NCBI RefSeq assembly: GCF_006345805.1
Contig: NC_043001.1
Location: 4,774,001-4,838,000 of the forward strand
Direction: 5' to 3'
Source of the DNA: Octopus sinensis
Taxonomy: Eukaryota
Length of the DNA stretch: 64,000 nt
Under the pieces are notes generated by a model. The model was not told where the DNA came from. It searched no databases and was given only the letters and a program-made list of their open reading frames with translations. Position numbers and translations under genes: made by a program. Of this stretch, positions 52,451-63,210 are shown in pieces (within the stretch, counting starts at the first letter, position 1; each line of letters opens with the position of its first letter).

Positions 52451-53099
52451 TCACGCCGTCATAGTTATTTTCCCAATTTACTGTTACATGTGTTAAAGTA
52501 AGGGTATTATGAATTGTGGAATAATTGATACCTGTTTCCATCAGAATGTGCTTAGTATAACATCACGTAAACTGCGTAAAATTCGCTATGGAGTCACAAT
52601 GGAAAAGTACAATAATCTTTTATTAGAGACGGCTACGCATACAAAAGCATTAATAAATATAGGAAAGAAAATATTAAACAATAGTAATTATGGATATCAT
52701 TCAGAAATATAACAAATGTAAGGAAAACATCGAGTGCAATCCAAAATATTAATTGATCAAAGCCTCAGCTATATTGAATATCATTGTTTGTAAAACAAAC
52801 AAAATTCACGTAACAAAATACCATTTATTTCCTAACAATTGTAAATCTTGATTCCGTCATGTCTCTGCACGTAATGACACATTCGTTTCTTATAATGGTG
52901 AGCAATTATTATCTTTCCCATTTACCAAGTTCTGGAAGATGGTTTCGGGGCCCAATTTACAATATCATTTATGCGTAGGATTACACTCTCAAACCAAATT
53001 GCATTATGTATTACGTATTTATAAATGTGTGTGTGCTTACATATATGCACACATATATATATATATATATACGCCTGTGCGAGTGTGTATATATATAAT

Positions 53100-53290
53100 A
53101 TCCTTGTACTTCTTTCAGTCATTTGACTTAGGTGATGCTGGGGCGCTGCAGTGTTTTCTGATGGAAGGCATCGATCCCAGGACAAATTACCTGTCAGCCG
53201 GATCCTTATCCTATCGGTCTCTTTTGTCGAACTGTTATGTTAAAGGAATGCAAACACACCAACATCAATTATCAAGCGATTGTGGGGGAC
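53100..53290 (-). mobile_element. Degenerate SINE type A 3' half
   Basis: TTTCAGTCATTTGACT..GATGCTGGGGC..CTATCGGTCTCTTTTG. Confidence 0.65.
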
Positions 53291-54623
53291 TACCTTCGAA
53301 ACGCGGAGTACATGAAACAGGGACAATTGATGAAGGGGAGTATTCTTTATGTTGTATGTCTCGTTTCTCTGTTTGTTGTTTTCGTTGATCGAAAAAAAGT
53401 TCGTTTTCTATATTTTTTTTTTTTTTGGTTTTCATTCCTCATAGTGTTTCACGTTTGTTTCATGTCCTGTATTCATATATGCATCTATAAATACATATAT
53501 GTGTGGGTATGTAGATATATGTATATACATATGCATATATTTATATATTATTTATATAGTTATATATTGTTTATATTATTATATATAGAGACGTTATGAG
53601 ACGTAATGGTGTCAGTAAGACCCAAAGGTATCAGGTATTGCTGAGTAAGTGCTATGGACAGACCATAGTTAAGCTCCAGGTTAGGTGGTTATGCGAATAA
53701 GGAGTCCAACGTAGGTCATATATCAGCGTGTGTATATACAAAAAATATTTTTTTAGAATGAAATAAAAAACCAAGGCTGTGAATGGTATACATATAAGTA
53801 TACTCCATAAATAATGGATCTACAAATGCAATATCCTTGCATATCACACATCCATTTTCATTCCTCCACTTCACTCTCTACTTCGTATCTTGTCTAAATT
53901 AACAATTGCTTAACCATCTTCTCACACCGTCTCCGATGAATGGATATTATAAATATCTTGGAAACAGCTGTAAGACCTATCTATACATAATCTAAAATCT
54001 TTACACCCTTGGGTTTTTATCTCGTTCTGAAAAAAAAAAAATATATATATATATTTAAATTTATATATGGTCATGTGTACTCCACATTTACAAACATGAC
54101 ACATATACACATAAGATGCACCTACAAGGGCTTACATAGATACAGACAAAAACATATACGTATATACATATATGCAAATATGCGCAACAACTCTATATGT
54201 ACACAATATTGCCCATGCATATATAGAATAGATACCAACATATACATAAATACCAAAATGAATAAAAAGATATATAACATGCATTTTAAATTTACGTCAA
54301 ATATTATAGTCAACCACATTTCCACCCTACTGAAACACATTAACGCACATTCCAAATTTCTTCTAATTATCCGTGATCGTACCACTTCTGCTGTCTCTTC
54401 GACCTTTTACCCCCTCCTGAAGCAACACTTACCAAAACTGCACTACTTTGTAAAATACCAACCCAATCTCTTGACCCACAAACAACAATCTTAATCATAC
54501 CTACATGACACTTATCTGCTATCGAACCAGGTAATTCTTTAATTACCATTCTGTTTTCGCTAATTTAACTTTCCACTACAGTTCACTATATTTAAGAGAT
54601 GAGGAATTATGAAAGATATTTAC

Positions 54624-54771
54624 ATTATTTACATTTGACGGATATTTGTCCTCTTCTTCTTAGTTGCTAACACAACGTTTCGGCTGATATACCCCCCAGC
54701 ATTCATCAGGTGTCTTGGGGAAATTTCGAACCTAAAGTATTTTTAGATGAGCTGAATAATAATAAAAATAA

Positions 54772-54855
<84 letters not shown>

Positions 54856-55002
54856 TAATAATAATAATAATAATAATGATGATAATAATAATAATGTTCG
54901 AAACTTCCCAAAGACATCAGATGAAGGTTGGAGGGTATGTCAGCCAAAAGTTGTGTTAGCAACTAACAAGATGAGGAAAAATATCCGTCTAATGTAAATA
55001 AT
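54624..55002. repeat. ~107-bp inverted repeats (54624-54731, 54896-55002) flanking an (AAT)n microsatellite
   Basis: The arms are reverse complements with roughly 80% identity by eye. Each arm holds an HHR motif. Confidence 0.9.
54669..54714 (-). ncRNA. Near-intact minimal hammerhead (dimer-type)
   Basis: Minus strand: GACAC-CTGATGA-A-T GCTG GGGGGTATAT CAGC C-GAAAC-GTT-GTGTT. Stem III is the ACGT palindrome and the site is GUU. Confidence 0.65.
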
Positions 55003-55624
55003 ATTAACTTTCAAATCTTTTCACATTACCTTACCCAGTTTTGACCCCTCTTGCCACTTTCCACCTCTACTACTATCTGGAGCATCATTATGATTTTGTA
55101 ATATATTTTCTCCCCCCCCCCTGCTACCCTCTATCTAAACACCCCAAATTCCTTTCCTAATACGTGTAGCGCTTTATAATATTATTCAATTCTTAAGCTC
55201 CATCATGCCAAAATATCAGATTGAAAATTTTAATACCAAATATTTCCACTGAAGCGGGAAACGTGGTTATTCAATAATGGACCCTAATATCTGTAATATA
55301 TCAGGACCACCAAGGCCCCTGAAATGGTCGTAATACCTCAAAAAACTTTACCTATTTTATGAGATGGCATGTTTTCTGTAATTTGACCTATGTATTTTTC
55401 ACATACACACATATATGTGCGTATATGTATCTACGTATACAATTGTTTTTTTGTACATACACGCACACACACACAAGTAGACAAAAACACATGATCATAT
55501 ACAAAAACCTCACACACACATACACACAAAAACGTGTATAGGTACATATGCCTACATAACAGACGCAAACGCATACAGACAAAACATCATATGCAAAGAT
55601 ATAATCAAGCACGCAATCACGAAG

Positions 55625-56040
55625 ACTAACAATTATGCACACAAACATATATACGCATACATACATACATTCATACACACAAACACACCAATACGTAGAA
55701 GACTGCATACATACTTGCATACATGCACACATCCATCTATCCATCCATCCATCCATACTTACATACATACATACACACATACATACATACATACATACAT
55801 CCATACATACATACATACATACATACATACATACATACACACATACATCCATTCATCCATCAATCCATCCATACTTACATACATACATACATATATACAT
55901 ACATACACACATGCATACATACATGCATACATACACACACATACATCCATCCATTCATCCATCCATACATATATACATACATACATACATACATACATAC
56001 ATACATACATACATACATACATACATACATACATACATAG
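55625..56040. repeat. (CATA)n/(CATC)n compound microsatellite
   Basis: Direct reading. Confidence 0.95.
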
Positions 56041-56395
56041 ACATAGGTAAGCACTCTCACACACCGGAATGCACTCACGGCCGCAATCTAATCGCAAGCA
56101 GACAAACGCAGCTTCCGTAACCGAACAAATCAGAACTACTTGAAAAGCTTGCAAGTAGCAATGGAAGAGATTTGACAAACGAAAGGAAATCAAATGTTAT
56201 AACGTTCAGCCAAATTAAATAAACAGTCGACAATTTTGTCGGATTTTTAAACGGTTGACTAATAAGCGGTGGAATCAAACCTGTACGTGTGTTAATAGTA
56301 TTAGCCTAATGACTCTTCCTAGACCCAACAATATATATACTTATATATGTGTGTGTGTGTGTCTGTGTGTGTGAGTGTGCCTGTGTGTGCATATG

Positions 56396-56426
<31 letters not shown>

Positions 56427-56428
<2 letters not shown>

Positions 56429-57063
56429 CTCCACTTATAGAAATGGAAAAAACGGTCTTTGACTGCCATTTCTAATTCCTTCGGTATGAGGCGAAACAGC
56501 TTGCTGCTAGCCAACTTATTTTTCTTTACTATATACTGAACCTTACAAAGGTCTTGACAATTATTTTGTCGTATTTACATACCGACATTTACCGGTAAAT
56601 AATTGTTGGTTACATGAAAAACCACAGGAAAATTATTTACCATTTTTATTGTATTACCATGTGGATTCCTCATTCCATTACGATTACCCAGAAGGCGCGC
56701 ATGGCAGATTTACGTTCCCAGTCGTTACTTGGTTTTAACATCTGCGCACTTCCCCCCACTATCTGATGTCGCTGGGTCAGAAGTGAGGGCCGGTGGCATT
56801 TGATAAAGCTATCGAATATAGCGCTGATGACGGAATTCAAACTCCCCTTTTTTTATATGTTTGTGATCCAGAAACACTGTGTTCGCTATTAACGGTAAGT
56901 GACTGAATTCGTATATTTGCCACTCCGGTTTTGTGTATGTGAGCCGCAAGGGCCTTCGTTTTTGGAATCTCCACTTATAGAAATGGAAAAAACGGTCTTT
57001 GACTGCCATTTCTAATTCCTTCGGTATGAGGCGAAACAGCTTGCTGCTAGCCAACTTATTTTT

Positions 57064-57068
<5 letters not shown>
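56427..57068 (+). mobile_element. Terminally redundant HHR-bearing element (102-bp identical direct repeats, 540-bp period), retrozyme-like
   Basis: 56427-56528 is identical to 56967-57068. (TA)n lies on both sides, the HHR is at 56818, and there is no meaningful ORF. Confidence 0.8.
56818..56889 (+). ncRNA. Type I hammerhead ribozyme with intact core
   Basis: ATAGCG-CTGATGA-C GGA ATT CAAAC...GTTTG TGA TCC A-GAAAC ACTGT GTT-CGCTAT. Stem I is 6 bp, stem III is ACAC-T-GTGT, and the site is GUU (T56883). Confidence 0.75.
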
Positions 57069-57105
<37 letters not shown>

Positions 57106-57197
57106 GTAAAAAGTGAAAAAACTACAGAAGGCTTAAAGGTTAAAAAATATATATATTTGCGTCAATATGTCTGAAGAATATTAAAAAAAACTTTAGA

Positions 57198-57233
57198 AGA
57201 AAGACCGGTTTCGCGTTTACCTTTTCAATTTCT
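57198..57233 (-). ncRNA. Minimal hammerhead, U3:A8 core variant
   Basis: Minus strand: AGAAA-TTGAAAA-G GTAAACG C-GAAAC CG GTC-TTTCT. Confidence 0.6.
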
Positions 57234-57242
57234 TACGACGTT

Positions 57243-57279
57243 AGAAATTTGAAAAGCTAAACGCGAAACCGGTCTTTCT
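57243..57279 (+). ncRNA. Minimal hammerhead, U3:A8 core variant
   Basis: AGAAA(T)-TTGAAAA-GC TAAAC GC-GAAAC CG GTC-TTTCT. One extra T lies before the core. Confidence 0.55.
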
Positions 57280-57437
57280 TCTAAACTATGTCATTGTAAG
57301 GAAAAAAAAAATTTAATATTCTTCAGACATATTGACGCAAATATACATATTTTTTAATCTTTAAGCCTTCTGTAGTTTTTTCACATTTTACTATTTTCTA
57401 TATATTCAACCACGTGCTTTCACAAACCAACTTTCTT

Positions 57438-57471
<34 letters not shown>

Positions 57472-57874
57472 CGGTCCGACCAATAAGTATCCGGACTGAG
57501 AGTAAAGTCACTTGGCACAGATTAACCTTGAATTCTGCTGTGCCCGCGCACTATACAGGCGCTCAGGTACGCCCATTTACGCCTGCGCACACACATCTGT
57601 GCTCATGCGTACGGTTAGCAGCTTCATATGCGCACCTACGTGAGCACGTATACTCACTTAGGCGCGCACGTATTACTCACATGATCATGCACAACAGGGG
57701 ATGTACAAGGGGTTGAATATGCGAGTAACAAGTATGTAGTCGTGTTGGGAATTGGTAATTTGCGATTCTATTAATAGGGGTTAATTGGTGATGGTGACCT
57801 TGGTGCAGTGGTTGCTAGAGGTTGCTGGTACTAAGGATACAGGTTCTCGGTGACCAGCAACTTGAAACCCACGT

Positions 57875-57945
57875 CCCAAATTTCCCCAAGACTCCTGAAG
57901 AGGGCTGGAGTGTATATCAAACGAAACGCTCTGTTAACAACAAAC
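57875..57945 (+). mobile_element. Third, decayed copy of the 54624-55002 arm repeat, with HHR remnant
   Basis: AAATTTCCCCAAGACTC-CTGAAGA-GGGCTGGAGTGTATATCAAAC-GAAAC-GCTCTGTTAACAAC. Confidence 0.6.
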
Positions 57946-59946
57946 ATCCGTCGAATAATAATAGAGAAACGACTAAAATGGATTTGATTTCGTAAGGACA
58001 CTCTTATTGGTGGAAAAATTATGAAAACATACTTATATTAGGTTTTTCAGCAATCCATGTACAGAAAGCAAGAAACGACCTTCATATTTTAAATTTCCTT
58101 CGACCTATACTTCTAGAATATAAATCTAAATTCTGTTGCCAACTATCAACTGTCGATAGCTAAGATTCTCTTTAACGATTCAATTTAATTTGCACAAACT
58201 TGCGCACACGGACAGCGTGAATAAATTACTTTATTCACGTTGCACGATAATACGGAAATAATAATATCTGAAATACAGTCCAAAGCGTTTGAACAAAATT
58301 TGTATAGCATGAAAAGAAAAATTGCGATCTTTCTGACTAATTTCTACTTTCATTTGAAAAGGAAATTCAACATAATCGATTCCGCATTTAAGGCAAGATA
58401 ACATCTAGGGTGTAACAATTTGCATATATTGTAAAATGTGGGTATGTGTGTCCATGTATTAAACGTGATATATTAAATATGTTTGTACAGCATTTCCCTT
58501 AACACTATAAAACGATAAATTCATGATAATATTATTGGTTGATGGGTTTTCTACTGATAATAAACGTCCTAACTTCATAAATATGTGTTTAATGCTGTTA
58601 TTAAAACTATCAATATATTTTATATAATTTATATAAAACCCCTATCATCAGTAAATATTATATCATCGTTATAGGTTTTTTATAGATTGATAGGTCCATA
58701 AATTCATGGTGGATAGTGACCTCTCGTTCACTGAGGACGATTATTTAACAAACATTTTTTTTAAAAACCTTAGTTCTTCCGTGGAAATTCAGAAACAATA
58801 ATCATCTAAGTGCTGAATACACAATATGCTAATTTCTATATAACAGAAAATTTCTCGAGTCAATCTGCCTTGATAATGTCAACTGATGCAATATAGCAGC
58901 AGTTACGAATATGGCAGTGAAAACAATTTTATGATTTTATCCTCCTCAAAATAATCTTAATTTAGTCATACTTGATTATTCATCATGATCATAAAATCTC
59001 CGATTGTCCACACAAGCAAGATCGAAAAACAATAACAAAACAATGTGGAGCTTTTCGTACGATCTTTTACTTTATTTGTAAGCTTGTCGCCCACAAAATA
59101 GTCAAAGATCTGTTTCCAGGAAAGCTATCCTTGCCTTTTTTCAAAACGACTCTATGCAAGCAGTTTAGATATAACAAATTTAAGCATCTTTCAGGAATTT
59201 ATACCCAGCCACAAAAGGACAAACGCACAGACACAAGCACACAAACACACACACACACTGAAATATATATTATACAGTGAGAAAAACGTGTAATGGCTTG
59301 AACTTGCCATTCTTGGTTTACATGTGTTTCAGAATCCGGTAATAAATTATTGCAAAGGAAATCTATGCACACATCTCGTGATTGTAGCTTGCATAATCAT
59401 AGCCGGGTCCTCAGATATTTTTCATGAACCTCAAAACACGTCCGCCAATGATGATGCACGTTGCCTTTATTAGGGGCAACTAAAGATCATATTTATCGTT
59501 TGGCATCCATTATTACTGAATACTGAAACATATATGAGAGATGAAAATACGAAATGCGAAGATCAATCCCTTTGTTATTTACTCTCATTATTTACCCGCT
59601 ATTTAGATTACGTTGTATCCCCCTTCAGACTACATACAAACCTGTGAGCTCACATAAACGTCATATATTCATTTGAGTAAAAGTACAATTGTCGTGCATC
59701 GAATGCCTCCATTCTCAGTTATACACACAGGGACAACCACAACCACAAACTTTATATACATGTATATGCTTGTTATAACGGCTCGTACATTTGGACTGAC
59801 TGTCGGCATTAAAATATGTGATGCTTTATTCCCGCCAAAATCTGGAACAAAGCATACTTAAGATTCAAATGTAATGATTGACAATAAGCCACTCAAATGG
59901 GTCATGTCATATAAATAGCTTGGAAGAAAAGCGAACTTTAAGCGTA

Positions 59947-60171
59947 CAATAACCTCTCGCCATATCGCGGTTCACCTATCGCAATTTATTATTTAAGCTG
60001 AAGCCGATTACTCCGTGGCGTTGTTTTGCATTTATAATAAAATAAACTAAACAAATTATAAAAATAATTTTAAAAATATGCAGTACAATACTCGTTCTAC
60101 CTCGCTGAATTTCACCTATCGCGGGGGAAGGGCTCTGAAACGTAACACCCGCGATAGTAGAAGTATTACTG
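59947..60171. mobile_element. pogo/Tigger-like MITE
   Basis: TA|CAATAACCTCTCGCCATATCGCGG ... CCCGCGATAGTAGAAGTATTACTG|TA. Confidence 0.55.
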
Positions 60172-60228
60172 TACTCTCGACATTGAAATGAATGTTAGAA
60201 GTCTCATGCTACAAGAGCTCTTAGAAAA

Positions 60229-60600
60229 ATGTTCAACCGCTTGTGGGATGAAAACTGTGTCAGTCTGAAAAATAAACAGTTGTATGCGAATCTCCTTGAG
60301 CACATTTTTGTATCGAACAGAAGCATGGACTCCTTACTAAATACAAGGAAACAGAGTTCAAAACTTTGGCATGTGCTGTCTGTGCAATATCAGGAACATA
60401 AAACGGCCAGGTAAGATAGCAAATTTTAAAATGTTAGGAAAATGTGATGTCACCAATATCACATTTATACTACCCGGAATAAACTGGATCCGTTCGAATG
60501 AGAGGTAACCGCAATCCGAAAATTCTTTTGTATGCCGATCAAACAGAGGGACACCGTGGTAAAAGAAGACCTGTCCTTAGTTACAACGATACGTTGTAAC
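60229..60600 (+). mobile_element. Degraded RTE LINE C-terminal remnant
   Basis: LCNIRNIKRPGKIAN...RMRGNRNPKILLY..TEGHRGKRRPVLSYND resembles LRRILxIxWQDKVTN...RMxDxRxPKxLLYG..GxRxxGRPxLRYKD. Confidence 0.55.
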
Positions 60601-60756
60601 AATGAATTCAGTCCCTAAATCTTAACTTCACGTCTGTCGACAGTCATTGCCTATGTCTGCACGGCGTCTATTGTGTCATGATTTATAAAACAATTTCTTA
60701 CGAAGAAACACGACAATGGAAGAATTATATCCTGCAAACATGAATATATGCATACA

Positions 60757-61270
60757 TACGGTGTGTCCCATAAGTAAATGAAGTGTTTCAATTTTCAATA
60801 ACTTCATTCAATTTATATATTAATGCATAAAATATTATTGATACTAAATAAAGTATATAATGGAATTTAATATACACAAATCAAATTTTCCAACACCGCT
60901 ACATCGCACAGGAAAAGTAACAACGCATTAAATGGCTGTTATTTTGGGCTTCGTACGCCCATGCTCTTTCCAAATAGTGCACCATAAAACCCTCAAGACT
61001 TTCAAACCCCACTTATCTGATTTCTCTATTGATGTTCTCCGTTTTTTTTTTTACGTAAGCCCTCTCTGTCAGGTTTACCCAGAAAAAAAAACTGGGCTAG
61101 TCAAGTATGGGGAGCGTGTAGGCCATCCAAAGTAGACATCACACATGGTTCCAGCAAGATGGGGCAACTGCTCAGACGGCAAGAGTAACGATGCAGTTAC
61201 TACGGCAGTGCTTTGGAGGCAATATGATCTCCCACAACGGCAATGTCAACTGGCAATCTCAACTGGCCAT
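60757..61270. mobile_element. Tc1/mariner transposase fragments in opposite orientations, plus TIR
   Basis: TIR-like TACGGTGTGTCCCATAAG at 60757, minus-strand GWPTRSPYLTSPVFFLG, and plus-strand WFQQDGATAQTARVTM..F GGNMISHNGNVNW. Confidence 0.7.
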
Positions 61271-61379
61271 TTCTCTCAGCAGTTAATCCACGCTATGTAA
61301 GATATTTAGAATGATTTTCATTAATTCATACGAAAATGTATAGTTTTCAACACTGCTTCAGGCAGGTTCATATATACAC

Positions 61380-61402
61380 AAACAACTTACACATATGCAA
61401 AC

Positions 61403-61461
<59 letters not shown>

Positions 61462-61469
61462 TATATATA

Positions 61470-61525
<56 letters not shown>

Positions 61526-61539
61526 ACATATATGTATAC

Positions 61540-61583
<44 letters not shown>

Positions 61584-61600
61584 ATATATCCATTATATAT

Positions 61601-61643
<43 letters not shown>

Positions 61644-61666
61644 TATATACATATATATATATATAC

Positions 61667-61711
<45 letters not shown>

Positions 61712-61744
61712 TATATCTATATATACATATATATATACATATAC

Positions 61745-61792
<48 letters not shown>

Positions 61793-61860
61793 ATACGCAC
61801 ATATGTAAATATCTATATATGTATACAAATAGATATATATATATGTGCGTGTGCGTATGT
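61380..61860. repeat. Long (TA)n/(TACA) microsatellite
   Basis: Direct reading. Confidence 0.95.
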
Positions 61861-62371
61861 ATCCATACATATTAATATATAGGAAGCCTAGATTATATTA
61901 TTTTAGCACGTGTTGCTAAGAAACAAATCTGCCTTGTAATTAATCATACAAGTGACGGATATTTCATGTAGAAATATGAAAATACAAAACATGTTACTAA
62001 ACGCCTAGAATATATTCAGAAAAATATGCTTTAATTCACAATATTTGAGTTGATATTTCTCTTACGTTTCCTCAGAAATAATTATTACTACATTTCAAAC
62101 AGAGAAAACATATCAATATCTGCGAGGGAAAGTTTTAACCACCACAATTTTAATATGTAGCAAATTTATCGTTTTCGGCAAGACGTCTCGTGGTCAAAGT
62201 TGTGCGTTATATTAAAACATTAATTTTGAATTTTAGCAAGTTGAAAACATTATATATTTTCATCATTTATATTATTTATGTTCAAGGAAACGAGTGAAAT
62301 AGAGAATTGCGAGAACTAAATATAAATATATAAATATATGAATTTGTTTATAAGCACAATCGTTCTCGAAT

Positions 62372-62462
<91 letters not shown>

Positions 62463-62489
62463 TATAATATATATATATATATTATATAA

Positions 62490-62834
62490 AAGGGCTTAGT
62501 AAAATAAATTACTTTGCCGCATACTGAACTCATTAGAAATAGCAGCTAAAAAACTTTTTTAAGGCTATTTCTAATACTTAAGAAAATCTCTCTCATATAT
62601 AGTGTTTGCATAATTTAACTCACAAAAGTTTGGGGGTAATGACATCGAAAAATCAAATGCTAAGGTTATTCGAGAACGTACGTTTCAAGATTAGTCAAAA
62701 CAACATTTCTATCATCGGCTCGGAAATTCCTTGGTTTGGATTTGGAAACACTGAAAATAAGAACATACCCTCTCGAAGATCTGCTCCCAACTAACAGTGT
62801 CAACAAATTCAAAATAAGCAAGCGAAGAATCTCT

Positions 62835-62838
<4 letters not shown>
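62490..62838 (-). mobile_element. Third member of the HHR + motif M family, bounded by (TA)n
   Basis: Motif M (TAGCTGCTATTTCTAATGAGTTCAGTATGCGG on minus) lies ~115 nt downstream of the HHR. Confidence 0.6.
62671..62722 (-). ncRNA. Type I hammerhead motif with U4-to-C core change
   Basis: Minus strand: CGAG-CCGATGA-T AGA AAT GTT GTTTT GAC TAA TCT T-GAAAC GTAC GTT-CTCG. Confidence 0.6.
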
Positions 62839-62868
<30 letters not shown>

Positions 62869-62902
62869 AGGTGTATATGCATAAATTCATACAGGTTGAA
62901 TG

Positions 62903-63210
62903 TGCATGGCTTACTCGTTAGAGCGTAGAAGTAGTGTGTTCGATTCCCGGACATGGCTGTGAGCTGTGCTCTTGAGCAAGAAACTTTTTCACGTTGCTCC
63001 AGTTCACTCAGATATAGAAATGAGTTGCGACGTCACAGGTCCCAATCTTTGTCGGTCTCTCACTTGGATATCATTGATGGCATGTAAAGCAAATTTGTTA
63101 TGCATGGGCGAATGCTGGTCTTCCATGAACAACCTTTCCCAGAATTGTGCTTCGGATGGTAACTTTCGACATGTAATTCTATGCTCATTCATGACCGAAG
63201 GCGAACTTTA
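62903..63210 (+). mobile_element. Degenerate SINE type C
   Basis: Colinear with 35965-36293 (GTTGCTCCAGTTCACTCAG, GAAATGAGTTGCGACGTCAC, CATTCATGACCGAAGG). Confidence 0.8.

Larger units (their letters stand above)
57095..57405. repeat. ~310-bp foldback element with two divergent minimal hammerheads
   Basis: The arms are near-perfect reverse complements around 57234-57242. The right arm has a ~20-25-nt insertion. Confidence 0.92.

Noticed and set aside
54710-54997. Poly-Asn / poly-Tyr ORFs
   Set aside because: They are translations of the (AAT)n tract.
62050-62085. Minus-strand CTGAGGA...GAAATATC
   Set aside because: No stem II and only a weak stem I; compatible with chance.
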